Shown here: positions 43,019 to 53,388 of the stretch, piece by piece
How the letters are laid out: every line of letters begins with the position of its first letter
How positions within the stretch are numbered: position 1 is the stretch's first letter
Source: a virus
Strand: one strand, 5' to 3'
Virus record (IMG/VR): IMGVR_UViG_3300027777_000031
Location: 1 to 64,000 of that record
Length of the DNA stretch: 64,000 nt
Position numbers and translations under genes: made by a program
The notes under the pieces: model-generated
What the model was told of the DNA's origin: nothing
The model's database searches: none
Seen by the model: only the letters and a program-made list of their open reading frames with translations

Positions 43019-43261
43019 TTAGATTTTTTTGTGTTTGTAAGTTTTAACTATTTTTGACGAAAAGAATTTCCCTTGAGATTCCGCCATTCTGAATTGAGTA
43101 TATACTTGGTGTGGAACTTCATCATATTCATATAATGAACCATTATTGAATTCTACGACTAACTTTTTAGTTTCGGTGTCGTATTCTGTTTTCTTAACAT
43201 TTGACGATTGGATTTCATTAATAATCTTCGTCCCTTGAATTGTTTCTTTTAATATTGCCAT
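43019..43261 (-). CDS. KTSC domain protein
   Basis: SSN...YD...L-x-VEF-x-NG-x-x-YEY-x-x-VP...A-x-S-x-GKFF. Confidence 0.88.
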   Translation of the reverse strand: MAILKETIQGTKIINEIQSSNVKKTEYDTETKKLVVEFNNGSLYEYDEVPHQVYTQFRMAESQGKFFSSKIVKTYKHKKI

Positions 43262-43559
43262 CTTTTAAAGGTATTTCTAAATCTATTTGTTTTAATTTAC
43301 TCATAATATAATTAGTAAGCTCTTCATTGTCAATATTCCCAAAATAAGATATTAATTCACTTTTTAAATCATTAATTAAATTTCCCAGTTTATGGTATCC
43401 ATTCATAATATCCTGTGGATAATATGGTGGTTTCTTCAAATCTTCTTCACCCCAACCCTCTCTATTAAATGCGTGACGAAGTTTTCTATAAAGATTAGCC
43501 AATTCAGATTCCGGATGAATCGTGTCCATATATTTTTTCCAAGCAGCTTTCTTTTCCAT
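43218..43559 (-). CDS. Hypothetical protein
   Basis: 113-aa ORF with upstream TATTTAT. Confidence 0.5.
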   Translation of the reverse strand: MEKKAAWKKYMDTIHPESELANLYRKLRHAFNREGWGEEDLKKPPYYPQDIMNGYHKLGNLINDLKSELISYFGNIDNEELTNYIMSKLKQIDLEIPLKDGNIKRNNSRDEDY

Positions 43560-43670
43560 ATTTATAAATATAATTTAAATTTGTTTTGTCCATCCAAATA
43601 TTTGTATTACTTTTGTCGAACCATTTGAAATAATGGAATTAACCCTTATACTTAAATAAAACAATTAATT

Positions 43671-45716
43671 ATGATAGAATCTATGGATGGTGGAAGTAAT
43701 AGTGGAAATAAAGCAGTTAAGACTGACTCATCAACACCCGTATTAGACAATTTTAGTAGAGATTTAATTAAACTTGCCGAAGAGGGTAAACTTGACCCTG
43801 TAATTGGTAGAGAAAGAGAAATCACACGAATCGCCCAAATCCTTTCACGTAGAAAAAAAAATAACCCAATTATCATTGGAGAACCTGGTTGTGGTAAAAC
43901 CGCAATCGTTGAAGGTCTTGCCATTATGATTTATAATGGGGAATGTCCAAGAAACTTAATGGACAAACGTATCGTATCATTAGATATGACATCAATTGTT
44001 GCCGGAACCAAATATCGTGGACAATTCGAAGAAAGAATGAAAGTTATTATTGAAGAACTTCAGAACGCACCGAACATCATTGTATTCATTGATGAAATCC
44101 ACACAATCGTAGGTGCAGGAAATTCGTCAGGTTCAATGGACGCATCAAACATCTTTAAACCGGCACTTGCCCGTGGCGAGATTCAATGTGTTGGAGCAAC
44201 AACCTTAGATGAATACCGAAAAAACTTTGAGAAAGATGGAGCGTTAGAGAGACGTTTCCAAAAAGTTGTGGTGGATTCGGCGACCAAAGAAGAAACTTTG
44301 GAAATCCTTAAAAACGTAAAAGATAAATACGAGAACTTCCATAAGGTAACTTATACGGATGAAGTATTGTCAGTATGTGTTGATTTAGCGGACCGTTACA
44401 TCACCGATAGAGAATTTCCGGATAAAGGGTTTGACATCATTGATGAGGTTGGAGCAAGAAGTCAAGTTGAAATTAAAATGCCAGAATCAATTGAGAAGTT
44501 AAAACAACAAGCCGCAGACATCAAACAAGAAAAAGTGGATGTTGTAAAACAACAACGATATGAGGAGGCAGCAAATCTTCGTGATAAAGAAAAACGCATC
44601 TTAACCAAACTTGAAGTTGAAAAGAAAAAGTTTGAGGAAGAACTTCTTTCACACAAAAAAGAAATCAGTTTGGATTTAGTTTATGAGGTGGTTTCCAATA
44701 TGACCAAAATTCCGGTAACCAAATTAAACGCAGACGAAACCAAATTATTATCTGATATGGAGACAAACCTATCCGATAAAGTTATTGGACAATCTGAAGC
44801 CGTTTCAAAAATTGCAAAATCAATTCGTAGAAACAGAATCGGAATCAAGGACCCAAACAAACCAATCGGTTCATTCATCTTCTTAGGGTCAACAGGTGTT
44901 GGTAAAACATACTTGGCAAAACAACTAGCGAAACAAATGTTCGGTAGCGAAGATAATATGATTCGTGTGGATATGTCCGAGTATCAAGAAAAACACACCA
45001 TTTCAAGATTAATTGGAGCACCTCCGGGATACGTTGGATACGATGAAGGTGGACAATTAACCGAACAAGTGAAAAACAAACCTTATTCTGTAATTCTATT
45101 TGATGAGATTGAGAAAGCCAATAAAGATATTTTTGGAACTCTTCTTCAAGTATTAGACGATGGTCACCTTACCGATGGTATGGGGAGAAAGATTAACTTC
45201 AAAAATTGTGTCATCATTATGACATCAAACGTGGGTGTTAAAAAATTACAGGATTTTGGTTCAGGTGTTGGTTTCAAAACTGGTAATAGTTCTTACGCTG
45301 AAGAAGAGTACAAACGTGAGGTTCTTAAAAAAGAACTTAAAAAATTCTTTACACCTGAATTCTTAAACAGAATTGATGAGGTCGTTATCTTCAACTCTTT
45401 GGTTAAAGAAGATGTTAAGAAAATTGTGACTTTGGAGTTGGATAAATTATCTAAAAGATTGGTTGGATTAAAATATAACATCACATTTGATGAAACTATT
45501 TTAGAATTAATTTCTGAAGTTGGATTTGACGAAACCTATGGGGCTCGACCAATCAAAAGAGCAATCCAAGATAAGATTGAGGATTTTGTATCCGAAGAGA
45601 TTATCAAAGGAAATATGGTGGAGGGTGTTCCATACACCCTTATAACCGTAGATAAAGAAGTGGTGGTTAAATCAGAACCTGTTAAAAAAACAAGAAAGAA
45701 AAAAGAGGATAATTAG
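43671..45716 (+). CDS. clpC: ClpC-like AAA+ ATPase lacking the N-terminal Clp repeat domain
   Basis: Two AAA modules ([14 protein letters not shown] and [16 protein letters not shown]), UVR-like [12 protein letters not shown] loop, YGARPIKR. Confidence 0.85.
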   Translation: MIESMDGGSNSGNKAVKTDSSTPVLDNFSRDLIKLAEEGKLDPVIGREREITRIAQILSRRKKNNPIIIGEPGCGKTAIVEGLAIMIYNGECPRNLMDKRIVSLDMTSIVAGTKYRGQFEERMKVIIEELQNAPNIIVFIDEIHTIVGAGNSSGSMDASNIFKPALARGEIQCVGATTLDEYRKNFEKDGALERRFQKVVVDSATKEETLEILKNVKDKYENFHKVTYTDEVLSVCVDLADRYITDREFPDKGFDIIDEVGARSQVEIKMPESIEKLKQQAADIKQEKVDVVKQQRYEEAANLRDKEKRILTKLEVEKKKFEEELLSHKKEISLDLVYEVVSNMTKIPVTKLNADETKLLSDMETNLSDKVIGQSEAVSKIAKSIRRNRIGIKDPNKPIGSFIFLGSTGVGKTYLAKQLAKQMFGSEDNMIRVDMSEYQEKHTISRLIGAPPGYVGYDEGGQLTEQVKNKPYSVILFDEIEKANKDIFGTLLQVLDDGHLTDGMGRKINFKNCVIIMTSNVGVKKLQDFGSGVGFKTGNSSYAEEEYKREVLKKELKKFFTPEFLNRIDEVVIFNSLVKEDVKKIVTLELDKLSKRLVGLKYNITFDETILELISEVGFDETYGARPIKRAIQDKIEDFVSEEIIKGNMVEGVPYTLITVDKEVVVKSEPVKKTRKKKEDN

Positions 45717-45770
45717 TCCTCTTTTTTTTGTTCTAAAAATATAAGAAAAAAAAAGAGACCGAAGTCTCTT
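45700..45770. terminator. Pair of terminators between convergent genes
   Basis: AGAGGA/TCCTCT hairpin with T-tract, then A-tract AGAGAC-CGAA-GTCTCT. Confidence 0.65.
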
Positions 45771-46347
45771 AATATTTTATTTTTTTTCTACAATCATTAC
45801 AAATCCACAATAATTCATTTTTTACTTGGGAACCTTTTCCTTTAGCATCATTCATTAAACATTTAATATTTGTTTCACAATGAGGTATTCCTAAAGTATG
45901 TCCAATTTCGTGAACCACAACTTTAACCATTTCATCAGAATGATTTTTACCTAATCTTTTAACTGATACAACACAAGGTTTACCACTCATAAGACCTAAA
46001 CCAAAAATACCCCAATTATGATATAATTTACCGTTTAGTTCTCTATCGGTAGAAATATCAACATCTGTTAAACCTAATACTTTACCATCACAATTTGAAT
46101 ACTTTGACTCTAAATAATTAAGTATTTGGTCTGCGTTATATTTTTTTAGACCATTAACTTTTGTTGATTTAGGAACCTTAATACGGTTTAATACTACAAC
46201 ATTAAAAGAATAAAATTTGTTTAATTCTTTTGAGCTCAATTCAACATCATCATTTGAGATGTTTCCCATAGGGACCAAATATATTGTTGGTTTACGTGTG
46301 GTAAATCCAAACAATAAAAATACGGATATTAATAATATTTTTTTCAT
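45769..46347 (-). CDS. Archaemetzincin-like (M54) zinc metalloprotease with signal peptide
   Basis: HEIGHTLGIPHC-x4-CLM...C-x-x-C; hydrophobic N-terminus. Confidence 0.85.
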   Translation of the reverse strand: MKKILLISVFLLFGFTTRKPTIYLVPMGNISNDDVELSSKELNKFYSFNVVVLNRIKVPKSTKVNGLKKYNADQILNYLESKYSNCDGKVLGLTDVDISTDRELNGKLYHNWGIFGLGLMSGKPCVVSVKRLGKNHSDEMVKVVVHEIGHTLGIPHCETNIKCLMNDAKGKGSQVKNELLWICNDCRKKIKY

Positions 46348-46351
46348 ATCA

Positions 46352-46359
46352 CAAAGATA
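46352..46359 (-). promoter_or_regulatory. Bacteroidetes-type -7 box
   Basis: TATCTTTG ending 4 nt before ATG 46347. Confidence 0.6.
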
Positions 46360-46370
46360 CGAAAAAAAAA

Positions 46371-47606
46371 TTAAGCAACCTCTTCTATTTTAGGTAACAT
46401 TTGACCTAAAGATTCAAGATTAGGACATTGTTGTGAATCTTCACCCATTGCTTTGAAGAATTTATCATTTTGAACTAAATAATTATTTTGAGTTTCACCA
46501 ATAATAAAAACTAACGCACCGACTGCATATGGTCTTGCAATTTTTAAAAAGTCTTCAGGAAGATTAATACAACCATATGATTTGTTAAATTTAGAAGTAC
46601 CTAAATATTGTTCAACAGTTTTTATAAATGAATCCGGAATACTTTCAGATTTTGGTGATGCACTACTACCCATAGCTTTTTTAAGTTCTCGCATTGCTTT
46701 TACTCTTGGAGCTTCATTATAAAATCCGTGAATAGCGTTTGCTAAACTTTCGCCGTCTAAAGTTGTTACATTAAAGATATTATTATCACCACCAACATAA
46801 TCCTCATCAGTTTTTAACGCATTAATAGAATAAATTCCTTTAGGAAAAAATCTTGATTTATTTTTATTTATATAATCGTAAATTAATTCCTTATCATATT
46901 TTTTACCACCACCAGTTTTATCTTTATATTCTTGTGATTTCACATCATATTTAAAACCCGCAGCATTGGCATATTCGTCCCAAGACCATAATGCTTTAGC
47001 TATTGATTTAGCGTCTTGAGATTGAGCATTTAACCCATCTATCGTATATGATTTAGCAACAAAATCGCCTTTTTTGTTAAACAAATAAATGTTATTATCT
47101 CTTGTATCAATAACGAAAAAATTTCTATTACTAAATTTAGGTCGTATACCAACATATGAAATTTCACAAGCACTTCTTACAGGAACACCATTAGAAATTA
47201 ATTCTCCACCAACTTTTTGATATTGACTCATTTTTGTCAAATCAACCCCTTTAGTACTAGGTATTGAAGGACAAAAATTTTGAGATGTTTTATCATCTTT
47301 TTTAATTGGTGTTTCAGGTTTTTTAATTTGCATAGTCTTATCACCAATAACTTGTTTAATACTAGTTATTGATTTATGATTTTTAGCCTCTTTCCAATTA
47401 GGGTACTTGTCACCATATTTTGTATTTTCTTTACCTTTAAAATAATATTTACCATTTTCAAATTTATAATCATACGCATTATCGTGGTCAGTAACTATAA
47501 TTGGAGACACACCTTGTTCACTTAAATAGTGACGTTTAGTTGCACTTTCGTGAAGATTTAATATTCTATTTTTTTCTTCTTCGTTAATTATAAATAAATT
47601 TTTCAT
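46371..47606 (-). CDS. L,D-transpeptidase (YkuD-like) domain protein with EKNRIL leader
   Basis: FFVID...IYLF, PKGIY, AIHG...SYGCINL; start placed at MKNLFIINEEEKNRIL. Confidence 0.7.
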   Translation of the reverse strand: MKNLFIINEEEKNRILNLHESATKRHYLSEQGVSPIIVTDHDNAYDYKFENGKYYFKGKENTKYGDKYPNWKEAKNHKSITSIKQVIGDKTMQIKKPETPIKKDDKTSQNFCPSIPSTKGVDLTKMSQYQKVGGELISNGVPVRSACEISYVGIRPKFSNRNFFVIDTRDNNIYLFNKKGDFVAKSYTIDGLNAQSQDAKSIAKALWSWDEYANAAGFKYDVKSQEYKDKTGGGKKYDKELIYDYINKNKSRFFPKGIYSINALKTDEDYVGGDNNIFNVTTLDGESLANAIHGFYNEAPRVKAMRELKKAMGSSASPKSESIPDSFIKTVEQYLGTSKFNKSYGCINLPEDFLKIARPYAVGALVFIIGETQNNYLVQNDKFFKAMGEDSQQCPNLESLGQMLPKIEEVA

Positions 47607-47607
47607 A

Positions 47608-48426
47608 TTATTTCGGAGTTGTTGGGGTATAACCCTTAAATTCAGGGAATGATTTAGCTTTGAACTGTGAACCCGCAGCTGTCGGTGCTCCCGCAGTTGG
47701 TGGATTAGTTCCAGCACCCGGTTGCCCTATTAAATCATTGATATCGATTTCAGAATATCCTGAACCTCCACCAGCAGCTACACCACTATTTTCTGTACCG
47801 GTTTTTTGACCTCCGGTATTAGCACCTGTAGTTTGAGCACCTGTTGATGCACCTTGAACACCAGTTTCAGCGGTTTTCTTAATTGCTGCCGATGACGCGT
47901 CGGTAGTATTGTTGGTTGGTTGAGTTGTAGTAGTTGTTGTGGTTGCGTTTGTATCTGTTTTTGGTAAATTTTGTAATGACGATAAAATACTTGCAGATGT
48001 TTTAGGTCCATATTTACCATCCGGAGTTAATCCGGCTTGAGATTTTGTATTTAATAAAGTTTGTAATTCAACAATTGAAGGGTATTTAACCCCTATTTTA
48101 ATAGGTGTCACTGGTGGTGGTGGTGTTGTTGCTGCCGGTGGAGTAGTTCCTGCAGCTGTTGGTGGAGTAGTTCCTGCTGCTGTTGGTGGAGTAGTTCCTG
48201 TGTTAGCACCTGTAACACCACCAATTTCTACACCAGGTTTAGACCCACCAATCGTATTTAGAGATTGTTTAATAGCATCAACCACTTTTGGGTCTAAATT
48301 TCCATAATTCCCTGAGTCAATGTTTCCAGCAATAGTTTTAACATCCTGTTCAGAAATAACAATACCTCTTTTATACCCCAAAAGGTATTTCATATTTTCA
48401 ATTTCTTTTAATATATTTTTTTTCAT
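47608..48426 (-). CDS. Peptidoglycan-binding domain protein, T/P/A/G-rich
   Basis: IVELQ-x-LLN...LTPDGKYGPKT; repeated TTPPTAAG. Confidence 0.7.
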   Translation of the reverse strand: MKKNILKEIENMKYLLGYKRGIVISEQDVKTIAGNIDSGNYGNLDPKVVDAIKQSLNTIGGSKPGVEIGGVTGANTGTTPPTAAGTTPPTAAGTTPPAATTPPPPVTPIKIGVKYPSIVELQTLLNTKSQAGLTPDGKYGPKTSASILSSLQNLPKTDTNATTTTTTTQPTNNTTDASSAAIKKTAETGVQGASTGAQTTGANTGGQKTGTENSGVAAGGGSGYSEIDINDLIGQPGAGTNPPTAGAPTAAGSQFKAKSFPEFKGYTPTTPK

Positions 48427-49142
48427 TATCTTGGTCTATTTGCGTTTGCTTGTAATTGTTTTATTGCATCATTAAGTTGGTCTGAAGTCATACCAACTTG
48501 TTGTTGTGCTTGAGCGATACCTCCAGCGGGTGTTCCTGTTGTTGGAGTTGTTGTCCCAGCAGCAGCTGCTGGTGGTGTTGTAACCTCTGATTTAGGAGTA
48601 TCTTGTGGTTTACCATTTAATTTTTCATTAATTTTTTGTAACAAACCGGAATCCATAATACCTGTTTCAGGTAAACCTAAGAATTTTTGAATAGCCTTAG
48701 TATTTTCAGTTGTTTTAGCAACAATTTGTTGTTTATATTGTTGTAATTTTTTTGCCTTGTCATCAGTTGTTACCGCAGTTTTAAATTCAGGGTCATTACA
48801 AGAATATTTTTCAGATTTATTATTGGCAACAGGTTGTTTACGTTTATAACCATTATTATAATACACATAACCTTTTATTATATATGCTGTCGACCCGTCT
48901 GATAATTTAGTTGGTTTAACCCCTTGACTAGGGACACACGAATATATTCCTTCCCAATTTTTTTCTCTAGCAAGACCATCTTTCTTACCAGCACCTGCTT
49001 GAGCATTAAATCCAAGTGGATTATTTGGTATTGCTCCAAATGGTGAAGTTTGTTCATTCAAATATTGACGTTTTGTTGCACTCTCGTGAATATTTAAAAT
49101 TCTATTTTTTTCTTCTTCGTCTAAGAAATATAATTTTTTCAT
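48426..49142 (-). CDS. EKNRIL-leader protein with peptidoglycan-binding-like motif
   Basis: Leader nearly identical to ORF 47606; TKAIQKFLGLPETGIMD. Confidence 0.6.
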   Translation of the reverse strand: MKKLYFLDEEEKNRILNIHESATKRQYLNEQTSPFGAIPNNPLGFNAQAGAGKKDGLAREKNWEGIYSCVPSQGVKPTKLSDGSTAYIIKGYVYYNNGYKRKQPVANNKSEKYSCNDPEFKTAVTTDDKAKKLQQYKQQIVAKTTENTKAIQKFLGLPETGIMDSGLLQKINEKLNGKPQDTPKSEVTTPPAAAAGTTTPTTGTPAGGIAQAQQQVGMTSDQLNDAIKQLQANANRPR

Positions 49143-49193
49143 AAAATATTTTATTTATAAATATCATATAAAAAAAAAAGAGACCGAAGTCTC

Positions 49194-50015
49194 TTAGAAT
49201 AAATTTTTAAATTTTGGTTCTGATTTATATTGGTATTTCTGATATCCCAATCCTTCAATCATTTTTTTACCAGTTTCAATTCCATTATAAACATCCTCAA
49301 CTACAACATATTCATTTCTTGTGTGATAGTCGTAATAACCTATTGCAAAATTGATACAGGCAAAATCAAAAGTATTCTTTAATGCGTAAACATCGGTATA
49401 AGGGTTTGAGAAGTATTCTTGTTCCCCATTGAAACTCTCGTTTAACACATTATTACAAGTCTCAAAGAACTCACTATCTCTTTCAAATAATCTTGTTCCC
49501 ATACAAACTTCAGTAACCATTCTATTACCCGGAGCGTCAAACTGAATCCCATAACCAACATTCATAAAGAAGTTTGGGTCGGCTTTTTTAGACCCGTGAC
49601 ATCCGGTTTCTTCTGATACGAAAAATGCTGCTTTCAGATTTGGTAATTCTTTTAATAATTCCAAACACGCATAAACACCACATTTATCATCACCACCAAT
49701 TCCGGTTGGTTCATCAAAATCGTTATAAGCCTTTAAAGCCGGTTTAATTTCATACTGACTATTCTGTAACATTTCCTCACGAATATTGATTGAGTCAATA
49801 CTATGAACTGTATCAGTGTGAGCTATTACGCAAGGGAAGTAATCGACAAATTCATCCGTTTGTTTAACAGCGTAAATATTGTAATGTTCATCCACATTGA
49901 AGGGAATCCCATTTTCTTCTAACCAATTGGTTATAAATTCAACCATAAGGTCTTCTTGATAAGTTTTTGTCGGAATTGACAAAACCTCTTTTAATAATTC
50001 GTAATTTCTTTCCAT
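49194..50015 (-). CDS. M20/M28/M42-type zinc peptidase
   Basis: AHTDTVH, GGDDKCG, SEETG, QFD, YH. Confidence 0.85.
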   Translation of the reverse strand: MERNYELLKEVLSIPTKTYQEDLMVEFITNWLEENGIPFNVDEHYNIYAVKQTDEFVDYFPCVIAHTDTVHSIDSINIREEMLQNSQYEIKPALKAYNDFDEPTGIGGDDKCGVYACLELLKELPNLKAAFFVSEETGCHGSKKADPNFFMNVGYGIQFDAPGNRMVTEVCMGTRLFERDSEFFETCNNVLNESFNGEQEYFSNPYTDVYALKNTFDFACINFAIGYYDYHTRNEYVVVEDVYNGIETGKKMIEGLGYQKYQYKSEPKFKNLF

Positions 50016-50019
50016 AGAG

Positions 50020-50027
50020 CAAATATA
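50020..50027 (-). promoter_or_regulatory. Bacteroidetes-type -7 box
   Basis: TATATTTG ending 4 nt before ATG 50015. Confidence 0.55.
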
Positions 50028-50057
50028 GGAAAAATAATTTGAATATTAACTATTATT

Positions 50058-51419
50058 TTAATTTATTCTAATAAACCCTTCAAATAACTCAGGTGAAACT
50101 AAAAAATTATTAAATTCTTCTTCAGTATAACTTCTATCTTCTATTCCCACACTACCGTCTTTTTTAAACACCTGAACAAGTATTCTATTATTTTTTGGGT
50201 TAATTCCTCTATAGAAAAATTCTCTTCCGGATTTAGTTGTATATCTGTTATTAATTTTAAATTTAGAATCAAGTCGTTTATATAATTCACCATACTCGTA
50301 GATATCGACATATTGAGATTCGTCCTCAAGTTTATCAATAATTTTATCCAAGTATCTTGAACATTCGGAATCAAAATATTCTTGGTCAAAATCCACAGCA
50401 TCTATTTCATAAATATAATCACCCCATCCAGTAATCTCCATATCTGAACCAATTCTAAACAATAATTCACTTATAGTTAATGTTTTATCTCCCATTGTAT
50501 CGTATAGAGATAATAACATCCCAACACTTGTAAAATATTCTCTAAAACAATGTTTTGTAAAAATTCCGTAATTGTAGAATGGGTTACAAAAATCGTCTTT
50601 TATCATTTGGTTAAACCCTCTGGTTTTAGATTCATTTGTTTGTGAAGTATACTCGTAAATCATTGACTCTACCTCATTCCCAAACATATTAAGTAATTTT
50701 TGACCTGCTTCCGATTTTTGGTCATCAGTATCTAATGGAACTGACTGTGGAGAAATGATTGAAAGAATTTGTTTTACCTTTGTAAGGTTTTCTTCATTAA
50801 ATTGATTAAAAAAATATCCATCCTTAAAATCTTGGGTTGCCTGATAATCATCTTCCCACTCATAGGTATCGTAGTTCCCGGTAATAGCGTTGTAATACCA
50901 CATATCATCATCACTAGGATTGAATAACTTAATATAGTCATCCTCGTCAAAACTTAAATCTATTTTACTTTTGAACGGAGCTTTTGGTGTGTATTTAAAA
51001 TCGTAAATAGCATCGTCAGCATTCTCTAACTCACGACTACTAACTTGTTCACCCTTGGCAATTTTAGTTAATAACTTATACGTTTCACCAACACCAATAA
51101 TATCATCAACAACTGATTTAACCTCATCGGGAAAATTATACAGAATATCATTTTTTGGACGAGCAGTACCATAGGTATTATAATATTCAATCTTACCATC
51201 CTCTTTATGAATCGTATAAGTAACCAAACCATTATTTAATTGGAGATTTTTATCTATAATAAAGTAAGTATCCCCCTCTCTAAATTGATTCCAACTACCT
51301 TTAAATTTTTCCGGAGCGTAATACACAAAGGCATCATAGTCCAATGGGTCTACAACCAACCAATCGTCATTGTCTAATAATATGTTTTTCATTCCGTGAA
51401 AGCTCTTTGTATCAGGCAT
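50058..51419 (-). CDS. Hypothetical acidic protein
   Basis: 453-aa ORF with upstream TATTTAT. Confidence 0.6.
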   Translation of the reverse strand: MPDTKSFHGMKNILLDNDDWLVVDPLDYDAFVYYAPEKFKGSWNQFREGDTYFIIDKNLQLNNGLVTYTIHKEDGKIEYYNTYGTARPKNDILYNFPDEVKSVVDDIIGVGETYKLLTKIAKGEQVSSRELENADDAIYDFKYTPKAPFKSKIDLSFDEDDYIKLFNPSDDDMWYYNAITGNYDTYEWEDDYQATQDFKDGYFFNQFNEENLTKVKQILSIISPQSVPLDTDDQKSEAGQKLLNMFGNEVESMIYEYTSQTNESKTRGFNQMIKDDFCNPFYNYGIFTKHCFREYFTSVGMLLSLYDTMGDKTLTISELLFRIGSDMEITGWGDYIYEIDAVDFDQEYFDSECSRYLDKIIDKLEDESQYVDIYEYGELYKRLDSKFKINNRYTTKSGREFFYRGINPKNNRILVQVFKKDGSVGIEDRSYTEEEFNNFLVSPELFEGFIRIN

Positions 51420-51451
51420 TGATATTTATTTTAATAATAAATATAATTTTA

Positions 51452-51482
51452 TTTGGATTTATCCAAAAATGTATTATCTTTG
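51452..51482 (+). promoter_or_regulatory. Bacteroidetes-type promoter of the tmRNA
   Basis: TTTG-N19-TATCTTTG. Confidence 0.75.
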
Positions 51483-51496
51483 TGGTATCAAAATAT

Positions 51497-51890
51497 GGGA
51501 GCGACACGGAATTGATTATTAGTAATAGTTATTCGGGGCACGTAGTGAGATGTTCTCTATCACTTAAATCTATGGGTACAACAATTTAGACGGAAACGTT
51601 TTAAACAAAATGGCTCTAGTAGGTCTTGTACGTCAAGACGAGCTTGTGAACGTAGCGTAAGCAAACTCACATTGGGGTCGGTGGACATATAACCCAGCAA
51701 CAGGAGTCCCTACAAAGGTGTGGTACCTATCCGAAAAGGTACAAGTGGAGGATTAGTTCTCAGTAAACCAAACCACTCTAAAAATAAGGGAATTGTGAAA
51801 TTTTGGATTGTTAGCTTAAACAATATCCTAAACGTGTAGTCCTTAATAGGTAGTACAAATAAGACCGGAGTTCGAGTCTCCGCGCTTCCA
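51497..51890 (+). ncRNA. ssrA: tmRNA
   Basis: GGGAGCG pairs with CGCTTCC-A (G3:U70 Ala identity); T-arm CGGAG-TTCGAGT-CTCCG; tag ORF 51592-51660 after TAGAC; no encoded CCA; smpB 1 kb away. Confidence 0.93.
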
Positions 51891-51925
51891 CTTCCACCGG
51901 AGAGTCCCGACACCTCCATCAAAAG

Positions 51926-51953
51926 AAAAACCCATCATATGATGGGTTTTTTT
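51926..51953. terminator. Bidirectional intrinsic terminator after the tmRNA
   Basis: AAAAACCCATC-ATAT-GATGGGTTTTT. Confidence 0.8.
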
Positions 51954-51977
51954 GTTATCAGTTCAAATGTTTATTTT

Positions 51978-52343
51978 TTAATCTTGTAGTAAATCCTTTG
52001 ATACCGGAGTTACATTTAATTTATTTATTAATTTATCAAATCTTGAATCCATAATTCTATATACTTCATCAAAACCTTTATGTGTTTCGTCAGCTCTAGC
52101 ATTAATATACCTATTTGTTTCCGTATATAATTCGTCTGTTCGTTTAATCTCACCATCTATACGACGATGTAGTTCCTCACTTACTCTGTTTATATCATTA
52201 AAGATAAGTCCTTGTACTTGTTCCAATTGGGAACATTTTGATTTTAATCTTTTAATTTGAATGTACATCATAACCACAACTCCAACTCCCAGTATCCCGA
52301 GAACCAAACCTATACCCATAATGAACGATGTTAAATCTACCAT
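51978..52343 (-). CDS. Single-pass membrane coiled-coil protein
   Basis: N-terminal hydrophobic helix followed by heptad repeats. Confidence 0.6.
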   Translation of the reverse strand: MVDLTSFIMGIGLVLGILGVGVVVMMYIQIKRLKSKCSQLEQVQGLIFNDINRVSEELHRRIDGEIKRTDELYTETNRYINARADETHKGFDEVYRIMDSRFDKLINKLNVTPVSKDLLQD

Positions 52344-52441
52344 AATTTCTTTTTTTTATTTGTTTATTATTGAACTGATAATTAAGTATAATAAAAAAAG
52401 GGACTATTTCAAGTCCCTTTATTATATAGTATTTTTATATT

Positions 52442-52903
52442 TTAATTTTCGTCATCATCAAACATTCCCATTTCATCACCCCAAGATTGTAAAAAATCTT
52501 GTTCTTCTTCGTGGCTAGGTTCCTCATCATCTTTAGTATATTCCCAAGCTTGAACTTCATTCTTAAATTTATTAAATGAAAAATTAATTTCGTCTAAATC
52601 AAAACCTAATTTATAATCATTAAAAACATTTTTCATATCATCTTTAATGTTATGTTTCATATATCCAACCATAACTTTGAAATACTTACGTAAATGATTT
52701 TCATTAAATGGTTCTCCAATAACTTCATCTAAAACGTGTTGGAAATGAGCGTCTATATAAAACTCCCAAGCTTTAGATAATGTTAAAACTTTTTTGTTTG
52801 AACCTAAACTATCATCTTCTTTAATCACATTTTTTTTACCTGAGTGCATCTCAAGGATTCTATTTTTCTCTTCTTGAGAAATGTTATTTAACAAATTTTT
52901 CAT
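52442..52903 (-). CDS. EKNRIL-leader hypothetical protein
   Basis: MKNLLNNISQEEKNRILEMHSGKKNVIKE leader. Confidence 0.65.
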   Translation of the reverse strand: MKNLLNNISQEEKNRILEMHSGKKNVIKEDDSLGSNKKVLTLSKAWEFYIDAHFQHVLDEVIGEPFNENHLRKYFKVMVGYMKHNIKDDMKNVFNDYKLGFDLDEINFSFNKFKNEVQAWEYTKDDEEPSHEEEQDFLQSWGDEMGMFDDDEN

Positions 52904-52946
52904 ATTATTAGTTTTTTATTATAAATATATTAAAATTAAAAAAAAA

Positions 52947-53384
52947 TCATTTCAAGTCTCTTTTCATATCTCTATCAATGTCCCGAGATTTTATACTATC
53001 TCGTTTATCGTGGAGTTTTTTCCCTTTGGCAAGAGCAATCTCCATCTTAACTAATCCGGTGTCATTTATGAAGACACGATAAGGAATGATGGTTGTCCCG
53101 TTGATTAACTCACTCTCCAACTTATTCAGTTCTTTTCTCTTGGCTAATAGTTTTCTATCCTTAACGGTCTCGTGGAATGACCCAAACCCATAATCTGAGA
53201 TGTTCATTCCTTTAACAAATAACTCATTATTATTGAAATAACAATAACTTTCCGAGATGGAGACCTTTCCCTGACGGATGGATTTCACTTCTGAACCAAC
53301 TAGTTTGATTCCCACAATTAAAGTTTCCAAGAAGGAATATTCAAACTTGGCTTTCTTATTGACTATGTTAATTGATTTTTTCAT
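52947..53384 (-). CDS. smpB: SsrA-binding protein SmpB
   Basis: NKKAKFEY, GIKLVGSEVKSIR, RKLL, ALAKGKKLHDKR; start placed at MKKSINIVN. Confidence 0.95.
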   Translation of the reverse strand: MKKSINIVNKKAKFEYSFLETLIVGIKLVGSEVKSIRQGKVSISESYCYFNNNELFVKGMNISDYGFGSFHETVKDRKLLAKRKELNKLESELINGTTIIPYRVFINDTGLVKMEIALAKGKKLHDKRDSIKSRDIDRDMKRDLK

Positions 53385-53388
53385 ATGA

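Noticed and set aside
45747-49195. Identical AGAGAC-CGAA-GTCTCTT hairpins near 45750 and 49175 as mobile-element ends
   Set aside because: Both sit right at the stop codons of minus-strand genes with a T-tract, which fits reused intrinsic terminators.
51344-51922. ORFs 51344-51589 (+) and 51710-51922 (-)
   Set aside because: They overlap the tmRNA and its promoter and are probably chance frames.
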